DNA of 40,441 bases from a virus, in IMG/VR virus record IMGVR_UViG_3300031731_000008, positions 1 to 40,441 of that record. One strand, 5' to 3'. Under the pieces are notes generated by a model. That model was not told the origin of the DNA. It searched no databases and saw only the letters and a program-made list of their open reading frames with translations. The translations under genes and the position numbers were made by a program. Below, piece by piece: positions 23,829 through 30,903 of this stretch (position 1 is its first letter; each line of letters begins with the position of its first letter).

Positions 23829-24122
23829 ATGACCGATGCAGTCAAGACCCTGAGCCGCGAGATTCGACGCGCGAAGGGCGTCAAGTCCGGGACCGTCGTC
23901 ACCTTCACCCGAACCATCGAGTTCGTGGAGGGCATCCGGCGCGACGAGCACGTGACCCGCACGTTCGACTACGCCGCGATCTTCGTCGGCGGCCGCTGGT
24001 TCTTCACCGGCAAGGGCGGACTCGGCCAGTCCGCGCTCACGAACCGCGAGTTCCTGGACCGCATGGCGGAGCCCGACATCTCCCGCGTCCGCGTGGCGAC
24101 CAACTTCGAGCGGGTGTCCTGA
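23829..24122 (+). CDS. hypothetical protein (97 aa)
   Basis: track ORF; SD-like aaagg upstream. Confidence 0.6.
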   Translation: MTDAVKTLSREIRRAKGVKSGTVVTFTRTIEFVEGIRRDEHVTRTFDYAAIFVGGRWFFTGKGGLGQSALTNREFLDRMAEPDISRVRVATNFERVS

Positions 24123-24754
24123 TGGCCCGCGTCCACCGCGTCCAGCGGTCCAACAAGGAACACACCTGCGGGCACTCCCCGACGCACGTGATCCCGAAGG
24201 GCGACCCGTACCTCTGGGCGAAGCCCGGATTCCGCACCCGCACCCCGAAGGTCCGTTGCGTGGAGCACCCGTTCCGCCCCTCCGAACTCGCCACCGGCCT
24301 GAACGCCGAGCCGATGGCGGCGCAGGAGGACTTCAACGCCACGCTGGGCACGCTGGAGGCCCACGACTATGACGGCCTGACCGCCGCCGTGGATGAGTTC
24401 CGCGAGGCGCTGGAGGCGTACCGGGACGCCCGGCAGGAGGCGCTCGACGCCTGGGAGAACGGCAACAGCCAGTTCGAGGAGTGGCTGGAGGAGGCCGAGG
24501 AGGCCCTGAGCGCTCTGGAGAATCTGGAGGTCGAGGAGTGGGACGAGGAGGAGCCGCTCAACGAGACGACGGAGCCCGAGCCCGACGCCGCCGACTTCGA
24601 GGAGGAGTCCGACTACGACGCGGCCGTGGAGCGCTGGCAGGAGGCGCAGGACGACGCCGAATCCGAGTGGGATGACTGGAACTCGCGCCGCGACCAGCAC
24701 TGGGACGACCAGATCAGCGAAGCCTCCGAGGCATCCGCGAGCGTGTCACTGTGA
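24122..24754 (+). CDS. hypothetical protein: basic Cys/His N-domain plus very acidic Trp-rich C-domain
   Basis: 210 aa; N-term ..HTCGHSPTHVIPKGDPYLWAKPG..VRCVEHPF; the C-terminal ~140 aa are dominated by D/E with EEW/DDW repeats. Confidence 0.6.
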   Translation: MARVHRVQRSNKEHTCGHSPTHVIPKGDPYLWAKPGFRTRTPKVRCVEHPFRPSELATGLNAEPMAAQEDFNATLGTLEAHDYDGLTAAVDEFREALEAYRDARQEALDAWENGNSQFEEWLEEAEEALSALENLEVEEWDEEEPLNETTEPEPDAADFEEESDYDAAVERWQEAQDDAESEWDDWNSRRDQHWDDQISEASEASASVSL

Positions 24755-25281
24755 CCGGGGGCGCGCTCATGTACGGCGGCACGGAGGGCTCCAGCGGGTC
24801 CAGCGCTTCACACGAGCGCGCCACCCGAGAGGCACGCGACGGCACGGCCACGGCCCGCCAGACCGTCCTCCTGGACTCCCTCGCGGAGGCGGGGGCGGAG
24901 GGGCTCACGTGGCGGGAACTGGGGACCGCCGCGGGGCTCCACCATGGGCAGGTTACTGGGGGCCTGTCCAACCTCCACAAGGCGGGCATGATCGCCCGTC
25001 TGACGCTGAAGCGGGGGCGGTGCTCCGTCTACGTGCTACCCGAGCACGTGGAGGGACGCGCCACCGTCGCGCAGGGGCGTCGGGATGCCGAGACGAGTCC
25101 GGTAGGGTTCCCCTTCCGGCAGGGTGCTCATCTCGTGCTGGGGCCTGACGTTCACGCGACCATCGACGGCGAGTTCATCGTCTGGAATGGTCGCCGCTAT
25201 CACCCCGTCGATGTGCACGACTCCTCGCGGGTCGAGCCGATGGATGACCAGGGGCGACGGCCACTGTTCGACCTCGATTGA
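24751..25281 (+). CDS. winged-helix (MarR-like) DNA-binding protein candidate
   Basis: 176 aa; LTWRELGTAAGLHHGQVTGGLSNLHKAGMIARL resembles a wHTH recognition unit; start GTG 24751 or ATG 24769. Confidence 0.35.
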   Translation: MTGGALMYGGTEGSSGSSASHERATREARDGTATARQTVLLDSLAEAGAEGLTWRELGTAAGLHHGQVTGGLSNLHKAGMIARLTLKRGRCSVYVLPEHVEGRATVAQGRRDAETSPVGFPFRQGAHLVLGPDVHATIDGEFIVWNGRRYHPVDVHDSSRVEPMDDQGRRPLFDLD

Positions 25282-25297
25282 CGGGGCTCTGGGGCTG

Positions 25298-25339
25298 AGG
25301 GTCCGTGCGTTGTGGGGATGACGCACGGGCCCTCTTTTT
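25298..25339 (+). terminator. rho-independent terminator
   Basis: agggtccgtgcgt / acgcacgggccct, 13-bp stem (one G-U), followed by cTTTTT. Confidence 0.75.
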
Positions 25340-25364
25340 CGTGATTGGACACCCCACGGCCAGG

Positions 25365-25425
25365 GGTGCTACTGTGTAACCACGCGGGGCCCACACGGGG
25401 CCCTCCACCGGAAGGACCGGACACC
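25365..25425 (+). promoter_or_regulatory. conserved early promoter/5'-leader cassette, copy P1
   Basis: GGTGCTACTGTGTAACCACGCGGGGCCCACACGGGGCCCTCCACCGGAAGGACCGGACACC-ATG; possible -35 TTGGAC at 25344..25349. Confidence 0.6.
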
Positions 25426-25668
25426 ATGGCCACCATTCAGCGCAAGACGCTCACCCTCACCATCGACCTCGAAGGTGCCGCATTCAACGACGGATTCGGG
25501 GACCTCGAAATCGGGAACCTTCTCCGGGAAGCGGCCGCGAAGATCGAGGGAGGCGCACTCGCGGAGAACGGGGCGCGCATCGCCACCGGGCGCGGCATCG
25601 ACCTCATCGACTCCAACGGCAACCGCGTCGGATACGCGGGCGTCACCCTGAAGCGGACCCGAGTCTGA
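25426..25668 (+). CDS. hypothetical protein (80 aa)
   Basis: ATG 25426 (MATIQRKTLTLTIDLEG..) behind P1. Confidence 0.6.
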   Translation: MATIQRKTLTLTIDLEGAAFNDGFGDLEIGNLLREAAAKIEGGALAENGARIATGRGIDLIDSNGNRVGYAGVTLKRTRV

Positions 25669-25708
25669 ACACGCCGTGCGCCCGAGGGATTGTGACCCAC
25701 GGGCGCAC

Positions 25709-25754
25709 GGTGCTACTGTGACACCACAACCACCACCCGAAAGGATCGGACCCC
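25709..25754 (+). promoter_or_regulatory. conserved early promoter/5'-leader cassette, copy P2 (short variant)
   Basis: GGTGCTACTGTGACACCACAACCACCACCCGAAAGGATCGGACCCC-ATG; lacks the GC hairpin; SD-loop stem is CCGA/TCGG. Confidence 0.55.
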
Positions 25755-26024
25755 ATGAACTCCATCAGCCTCCGCAAGGGCGAGACGCCCAACGAGACGA
25801 CCCTCACCCTCTCCGGCATCACGATCTGGTTCTCATACGAGACGCCCGTCGCCTTCACCTTCCGAGGCAAGCGCGTCGTCCGCGTGAACGACTGGAGCAC
25901 CACCACCGGCAAGCACCTGAACCGCATCGACGGCGGCGGGAGCGCACAGGCCGACCGCATCCCCGGCGACGAGTTCACGAGCCTCCTGGAGCACGCCCTG
26001 GACCTCCTCGGGGTGAACGCATGA
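25755..26024 (+). CDS. hypothetical protein (89 aa)
   Basis: track ORF behind P2. Confidence 0.65.
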   Translation: MNSISLRKGETPNETTLTLSGITIWFSYETPVAFTFRGKRVVRVNDWSTTTGKHLNRIDGGGSAQADRIPGDEFTSLLEHALDLLGVNA

Positions 26025-26350
26025 CCCGCACGGACTCCTGGGAGGGGGCCATCGTCCGGGGCCGCGACCGCCGCAAGGGGCGAGTCGTCGCAGACCACCG
26101 GCCCATGCTCCGCCGGGAACGCTCCAGCGCCCTCGTGGTCCACTGGGACGATGACCAGACGAGCACCGTCGCCCGCCACGCCGTGACCATGCTGAAGCCG
26201 CCGCTCCACTTCGCAGAGGTCGTCACCCCGCTCCGGGAGGAGGGCCCGCTGGAGAACTTCGGGCCCCTCTGGGCGTTCATCATCTGCGGGACGTGCGCGG
26301 CCGTCAGCCTCGCCGGTATCGCGTTCCTGATGGCGATGGACGCGCTCTGA
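26021..26350 (+). CDS. hypothetical protein with C-terminal TM segment (109 aa)
   Basis: ATG 26021 in an ATGA overlap; LWAFIICGTCAAVSLAGIAFLMAM near the C-term. Confidence 0.55.
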   Translation: MTRTDSWEGAIVRGRDRRKGRVVADHRPMLRRERSSALVVHWDDDQTSTVARHAVTMLKPPLHFAEVVTPLREEGPLENFGPLWAFIICGTCAAVSLAGIAFLMAMDAL

Positions 26351-26748
26351 TGTGCGGCGCTCCAGGGTGCGTCCTCCACGCCCATCACGACGAGGACCAC
26401 ACGGACGGCATCGTTCGCTGGCCGAAGTCCACCACGAAGCGGGGCACCACGAACCGCAACGAGCGAGGGAACGCCGCCACGCGCCGACGCCGGAAACAGC
26501 GCCTCGTGGATGAGTTCGGAGATGGGGAGACGTGCCCCTGCTACCGGTGCGACCGCGCGCTCAGCATCTCCATGGTGGAGGCCGACCGGAAGGTGCCCGG
26601 CATCCTCGGCGGCACGTACCGCTGGGAGAATCTCCGCCCCGTCTGTGGTGACTGCAACAAGATCACCGGCAACGCCGTCTCGAAGATGCTCCGGGACAAG
26701 GTGCGCAAACCGACCATCATCCGACTACACCGTGAAGGGCTCATTTGA
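26350..26748 (+). CDS. HNH endonuclease
   Basis: 132 aa from ATG 26350 (TGATG overlap); CPCYRCDRAL..EADRKVP..GGTYRWENLRPVCGDCN. Confidence 0.65.
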   Translation: MCGAPGCVLHAHHDEDHTDGIVRWPKSTTKRGTTNRNERGNAATRRRRKQRLVDEFGDGETCPCYRCDRALSISMVEADRKVPGILGGTYRWENLRPVCGDCNKITGNAVSKMLRDKVRKPTIIRLHREGLI

Positions 26749-26750
26749 CC

Positions 26751-27077
26751 ATGGCCACCATTGCAGACCCCCAGACCATCACCGACGCCGCCGAAGCGAT
26801 CCGGGCCCTGAACCGCCGCCTCCACGAGCGCGATGGTGACGACTACAAGGCCAGCCCCGAGGACCTCGCCGCGGCCGCGCTCAGCGTTATCCCGGACGCG
26901 ATCCTGGAGGAGGCCCCCCTGAACGCCCTCCACCTGGAGCGCCTCGACAACGACTATGCCCACTTCGGAGCCCCCGGCGGCATGTCCCTCGCGCTCCACC
27001 GCGGCGACTGGGTGGAGCGTGGCCGCCCCTCCCGCATCGTCATCTCCGTGCTCGACCTGGAGCCCTTGCGCGTCTGA
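26751..27077 (+). CDS. hypothetical protein (108 aa)
   Basis: track ORF; ATG 26751 preferred over TTG 26745. Confidence 0.6.
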   Translation: MATIADPQTITDAAEAIRALNRRLHERDGDDYKASPEDLAAAALSVIPDAILEEAPLNALHLERLDNDYAHFGAPGGMSLALHRGDWVERGRPSRIVISVLDLEPLRV

Positions 27078-27113
27078 AGCGCTGTGCGCCCGCCTGCGGG
27101 CCTAAAACGAGTC

Positions 27114-27143
27114 AACCCCCCTCCCTTGCCTGGGAGGGGGGTT
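27114..27143. terminator. bidirectional terminator where the early (+) and late/lysis (-) arms converge
   Basis: aacccccctccc / gggaggggggtt, perfect 12-bp stem, 6-nt loop, TTT after it on the plus strand. Confidence 0.75.
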
Positions 27144-27179
27144 TCGTCGTTCCTGCGCCCGCGTGGCGCGGATGGGGGC

Positions 27180-27662
27180 CTATTCCGGCTGGGCATCCCT
27201 GTACTGTTCGCGGGTGAGGTCACTGGGGAGCACGCCGTGACGTGCCGCGGCCGCCTCCACGGAGGCCAGGTCGGAGCGTGCGGCCGCCGTCGTCTGATTC
27301 GACACGGTGAAGATGGCCAGGAGGCTCGACAGCGAGGAGAGGCCGAGCGAGAGCGCAGTCAGGAGCGCGGTGGACACGTCCTCGGAGAACACGCCGAGGA
27401 GGACCAGAGCCGGGGCCACCGTCGCCGCGAGCGCGTAGATCGCACCACGGAGGACGCCCACCGCGTCACGCCAGTTCGCGTTCACGACCGAGAGGCCGGA
27501 GGCGACGAACTGGAGGATCGCGCCGATGATGATGAGCCCCTGCTCGACCTGATCCTGCGAGGCCAGGCCAGCGAGGATCACGAGAGGGGCGAGGGAGCCG
27601 AACCACACCTGGATCGCCTGGCGGCGTTCCGGGGTGAACCATGCGGCGAGTCGAGAGAACAT
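27180..27662 (-). CDS. putative holin / four-TM membrane protein
   Basis: 160 aa; four hydrophobic helices; strong SD (taggaggtcagcATG); last gene of the lysis cassette. Confidence 0.5.
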   Translation of the reverse strand: MFSRLAAWFTPERRQAIQVWFGSLAPLVILAGLASQDQVEQGLIIIGAILQFVASGLSVVNANWRDAVGVLRGAIYALAATVAPALVLLGVFSEDVSTALLTALSLGLSSLSSLLAIFTVSNQTTAAARSDLASVEAAAARHGVLPSDLTREQYRDAQPE

Positions 27663-27671
27663 GCTGACCTC

Positions 27672-28400
27672 CTACGGGGTCGGTGTCGGTGTTGGGGTGA
27701 GCGTGCAGAGGTACGCAGGCTGGGACGTAGGGACGCCCGTTTCCGGGTCCTCCACGAGCACGGTTGTCGCGGTGCCAGTGTAGCCGTCAGGGCATGCGGG
27801 GCCAGCGGGACCTTGCGGGCCGGTAGCGCCCGTCTGACCGGTGGGGCCCTGAGGACCTGCGGGGCCTGCCGAGCCCTGCTCGCCGTCCTGCCCGTCCTTC
27901 CCATCCGCTCCGGGCTCACCAGGAGCGCCATCGACGCCGGGCGCACCGGGGGCCCCTGGGTCGCCGGGCTCGCCATCGTCGCCGGGGGTGCCGGGCTCAC
28001 CTGCGGGGCCGGAGGGGCCGCGCTCCGGGATGAGTACCTCCGGGTCGGTGCCGTCCGGGTCCTCACCGAGCGCGAGCAGTTGGTCGTAGAGTTCCTGCGC
28101 GTTCGCCTGGGATGCCACGAGGTCATCGGTGAGTTCGGAGATGGTGAGGCGCTGTTCCTCCACGACCGAATTCGAGCGGGCGTTCCGGTCCACGAGGTTC
28201 ACCAGGAACCACGCGCCGAGCCCGAGGAGGAGCATCACGAGGATCGCCGTCGTGACGGTGAACACCCAGCCGAGACGCTTCGGAGGCTCCTCGATGGGGG
28301 GCAGGACTATCGCCCCGGCCGCCGTCTGCGATTCGCGCATCTCCTGGAGAATCTCCGCGGGGTCGCGGGGCTCCAGATCGGCGTTCTGGTCATCGTTCAC
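27672..28400 (-). CDS. membrane-anchored collagen-like repeat protein (242 aa)
   Basis: GTG 28400 (GTGA overlap, SD ggaggcacaca). N-terminal [30 protein letters not shown], a coiled-coil stretch, 25 uninterrupted G-X-Y triplets, and a C-term with 2 Cys and a (TP)5 tail. Confidence 0.7.
   Translation of the reverse strand: MNDDQNADLEPRDPAEILQEMRESQTAAGAIVLPPIEEPPKRLGWVFTVTTAILVMLLLGLGAWFLVNLVDRNARSNSVVEEQRLTISELTDDLVASQANAQELYDQLLALGEDPDGTDPEVLIPERGPSGPAGEPGTPGDDGEPGDPGAPGAPGVDGAPGEPGADGKDGQDGEQGSAGPAGPQGPTGQTGATGPQGPAGPACPDGYTGTATTVLVEDPETGVPTSQPAYLCTLTPTPTPTP
27795..28019 (-). repeat. collagen-like (GXY)25 coding repeat
   Basis: [75 protein letters not shown]. Confidence 0.85.
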
Positions 28401-28771
28401 TGTGTGCCTCCAAGGCCAGCCTGAGCGGCAAGGATACCCACGACTATCGCCGCGGCGGGAGACGCGAAGATGAGGAGCCATTGCCACTGAGTCGCGCGGC
28501 GCACCTTCTCGCGCTCGTTCCGCTCTGCGATCTGAGCCTGAAGGGCCGTAGTCTCGGCCGCCACTCGCGCCTGGTGCTCGGCGGCGAGGTCCTTCTGGAG
28601 CGTCGAGATTTCACGGCCCTGCCCCTCCAGGCGTCCATCCACGCGGCGGCGCTCATCGGAGAACGTGTCGCGGGTCACGAGGTTATCGAACCGCTGGTTC
28701 CACTCGACACGCATCTGCGAGAGGTCCTCGCGGAGGATCTGAAACTGGGAGGGGGTCATGCCGTCCGTCAC
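28397..28771 (-). CDS. tail-anchored coiled-coil membrane protein (lysis-cassette component)
   Basis: 124 aa from GTG 28771 (AGGAG 9 nt upstream), or 120 aa from ATG 28759; helical charged N-domain; C-terminal [23 protein letters not shown]. Confidence 0.55.
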   Translation of the reverse strand: MTDGMTPSQFQILREDLSQMRVEWNQRFDNLVTRDTFSDERRRVDGRLEGQGREISTLQKDLAAEHQARVAAETTALQAQIAERNEREKVRRATQWQWLLIFASPAAAIVVGILAAQAGLGGTQ

Positions 28772-28826
28772 GGTGTGAAACTCCTGGGGATGAAGTGAGG
28801 GAGGGCCGCCGGGTGAGCCCGCGAAG

Positions 28827-28832
28827 ACTCTA
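28827..28832 (-). promoter_or_regulatory. -10-like GGGTAGAGT between the endolysin and the membrane-protein genes
   Basis: minus gccgggTAGAGTcttcgcggg in the 79-nt gap. Confidence 0.3.
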
Positions 28833-28850
28833 CCCGGCGACCCTCTCGGC

Positions 28851-29654
28851 TCACGACTTGATCTGCGGCACGTCCTCGTCGGCAATGTCAACGAAGACCT
28901 TGCCCATCGCGGCGGCACGCGCGGCGACCGTGGCCTTGATCGCGTCGTAGTGGCCACGGGTCACGGGACCGGATGCCTCCAGGCCGAAGCCCTTCGCCAC
29001 ACCGTTCGCGTAGGCCACGCTGAACCAGCCGAAGGGGGAGAACGTCCCCGCCTCGAAGTCAACGATCGCGCCCGACCGCTTCGAGTCGGACTTGTCGTCG
29101 GTGTGAATGACTCCTGTGGACATGTTGCGCTTCTTTCTCTTAGGGTTTGCCGGGGTGGAGGTTCCGCCCCCAGCGGGCTTGCCAGGGACGGCGTTGAAGA
29201 TGTTCAGCACGTCGTAGTGCCATGCCTCACCGAAGCCGAAGCCAGAGGCGACGAGCCCGTACTTCCAGGCGTTCGCCCGGAGCCAGTTCGAGCGGGCCGA
29301 GCCCATCGTCGCGATCCCGCCATCCGAGCCGGTGTCGTAGAGGTCCACGGCCGCCTTCGAGCCCTGAATCTCATGGTTCGACGTGCCCGGCACGGCGACC
29401 GTACCAGCCGACGAGATGCGATACCACAGGCGGCCGTTCCACCAGCGGGTGTCATAGACGCGGCGACCGTTCACGTCCCCGGCGGTGACGTACCGTTCCA
29501 GGAAGATGCGCTTCTGGTCCTCGTAGGTGCGGATCGCGGAACGGACCCTCACCCAGACGCCGAACAGGCTGTGCATGTCGGCGCTCAGCCGGTCGATGCA
29601 GTAGGCCATCCACGGGGTGACGCGCTGGCCGTCGCGCTCAACGAACGTGACCAT
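28851..29654 (-). CDS. endolysin, peptidase M15 (VanY / D-Ala-D-Ala carboxypeptidase-like) with C-terminal domain
   Basis: 267 aa; RSAIRTYEDQKRIF, GTSNHEIQGSKAAVDL and GEAWHYD fit LAS/M15 metallopeptidase motifs; basic linker KRKKR, then a second domain. Confidence 0.75.
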   Translation of the reverse strand: MVTFVERDGQRVTPWMAYCIDRLSADMHSLFGVWVRVRSAIRTYEDQKRIFLERYVTAGDVNGRRVYDTRWWNGRLWYRISSAGTVAVPGTSNHEIQGSKAAVDLYDTGSDGGIATMGSARSNWLRANAWKYGLVASGFGFGEAWHYDVLNIFNAVPGKPAGGGTSTPANPKRKKRNMSTGVIHTDDKSDSKRSGAIVDFEAGTFSPFGWFSVAYANGVAKGFGLEASGPVTRGHYDAIKATVAARAAAMGKVFVDIADEDVPQIKS

Positions 29655-29902
29655 CAGGCACCGTCCTCGCCGCGCACGTCATCGCCGTCCGAGACATAGC
29701 ATGTCGCGTCGAGAGGGACGCCCGGCACGAGGACCACCTGGCCGTCGTCTCCGAGCCCCCAGGCGTCCGCGATGCCATCCCCATCAATGTCCACGTCGAG
29801 CGGCAGGAGAGGCCGCTCAGCGCCCGCACGCGCCTGGTCCTCCAGGAGCCCGCGGATCACCGCCTCGTCCTCCTCGGTGAGCGTGTTCTCGTCATTCGCC
29901 AT
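29654..29902 (-). CDS. hypothetical acidic protein (82 aa)
   Basis: ATG 29902 (MANDENTLTEEDEAV..); 1-nt overlap with the endolysin start. Confidence 0.5.
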   Translation of the reverse strand: MANDENTLTEEDEAVIRGLLEDQARAGAERPLLPLDVDIDGDGIADAWGLGDDGQVVLVPGVPLDATCYVSDGDDVRGEDGA

Positions 29903-30077
29903 CGCTGGCCTCCTCGATCTGTTCGACTTCGTAGGTGCCGTCCTTCCACGGGCCGCGGACCATGCCGCGCGCGCGCTTCTCGGCGTTCTCCGGGGTGCGC
30001 GCACGGACGCGCATCTCCGTGCCCGAGTTGCCGCTCGGGCTCGTGATCTTCACCCGGTAGTCGTGAATGTCAGACAT
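29892..30077 (-). CDS. hypothetical protein (61 aa)
   Basis: ATG 30077 (MSDIHDYRVKITSPSG..), 8-nt overlap with the upstream stop. Confidence 0.5.
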   Translation of the reverse strand: MSDIHDYRVKITSPSGNSGTEMRVRARTPENAEKRARGMVRGPWKDGTYEVEQIEEASDGE

Positions 30078-30891
30078 CGATGGGCTCCTCCCATGCTGTG
30101 CCGGTGCTGATCTGGGGACCGGCCTTGACCCAGGCCGAGCCATCCGATACCTGCGGCCCGGCCCCGATCCAGTTCGTGCCGTCCGAGACGAAGACTCCCG
30201 CCTCCGTCTCCATCATCGTGAACGCCGACCAGGGGCCATAGTCGATCCCGTTCTTCGCCCGATAGCGGACTCGGTACTTCGTGGAGGGGGAGAGTTCGAC
30301 CTTCCCGGCCGTGGTCTGGTTTGAGGAGCCCGACTGCCATCCGCCCACCACGTCATCCGGCCCGGCGACCTCGTCATAGACGAAAATGTCGTAGGTGATG
30401 ATGGCGGACCCGCCGTTGTCGGACGGTGCCGTGATCTTGAACGCGATTGAGTCCGGCTCCGCGCTGACGAACGTCGGCGCGGCTGGCTGAGACGGCGGCT
30501 TGGGGATGCGGGGGGCGCTCCCAGGGTCCGCGTAGGCCGTGCCGGAGCCGATCCCATCGTGGACGTTCCCGTTGATGGAGAACGCCATGTTCTGCTGATC
30601 GATGAGGTAGCCCTGGGCGTTGTGCGGCTTCGTGAAGTACCCCGAGCGGAGCACGATGTACGAGTCGTAGGCGTTCCCCGAGGGGACGGTGAACGTGCCG
30701 CTCGCGGACGCGAATCCGCCGACCGACCAGTAGCAGGTGCCGTTCGTCCACTGGCCGCCACCGTTGCCGTAATAGCGAATCTCCCAGTACCACGTGGAGT
30801 AATTCCCCGCCTGGTTGTACGACACGTAATAGACGTTGCCGTAGACCTCACACGGCCCGTAGCCGGAGAGTGGAGCGCGTGCCGATCCCAT
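30070..30891 (-). CDS. minor tail protein / receptor-binding candidate with FN3-like segment
   Basis: 273 aa; Y/W/G-rich beta N-domain; PSQPAAPTFVSAEPDSIAFKITAPSDNGGSAIITYDI..YRVRYRAKN resembles fibronectin type III. Confidence 0.45.
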   Translation of the reverse strand: MGSARAPLSGYGPCEVYGNVYYVSYNQAGNYSTWYWEIRYYGNGGGQWTNGTCYWSVGGFASASGTFTVPSGNAYDSYIVLRSGYFTKPHNAQGYLIDQQNMAFSINGNVHDGIGSGTAYADPGSAPRIPKPPSQPAAPTFVSAEPDSIAFKITAPSDNGGSAIITYDIFVYDEVAGPDDVVGGWQSGSSNQTTAGKVELSPSTKYRVRYRAKNGIDYGPWSAFTMMETEAGVFVSDGTNWIGAGPQVSDGSAWVKAGPQISTGTAWEEPIDV

Positions 30892-30903
30892 GGTCTACCC
30901 CGC

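Noticed and set aside
25031-25049. Palindrome ACGTGCT-ACCCG-AGCACGT containing GTGCTAC inside the wHTH gene, and partial box gtgctagcc at 7810-7818
   Set aside because: They match only the first 6-7 nt of the box and lack the TAnnnTG continuation and the leader cassette. They lie within coding sequence and could be chance. The 25031 palindrome might still be an operator, but the evidence is insufficient.
12598-27077. Searched the early region for integrase, excisionase plus attP, CI-like repressor, DNA polymerase, primase/helicase, toxin-antitoxin pairs, known anti-CRISPR/Aca layouts, retron or DGR reverse transcriptase
   Set aside because: None was recognisable by motif. The MerR/excisionase-type HTH at 22855 has no partner integrase. 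Lifestyle (lytic versus temperate) therefore cannot be decided from this sequence alone.
27795-28019. Short-period nucleotide repeats that could be mistaken for a tandem repeat or CRISPR-like array
   Set aside because: The period is 9 nt or less, it is in frame, and it encodes Gly-X-Y triplets. There are no spacer-repeat units of CRISPR size anywhere in the window.
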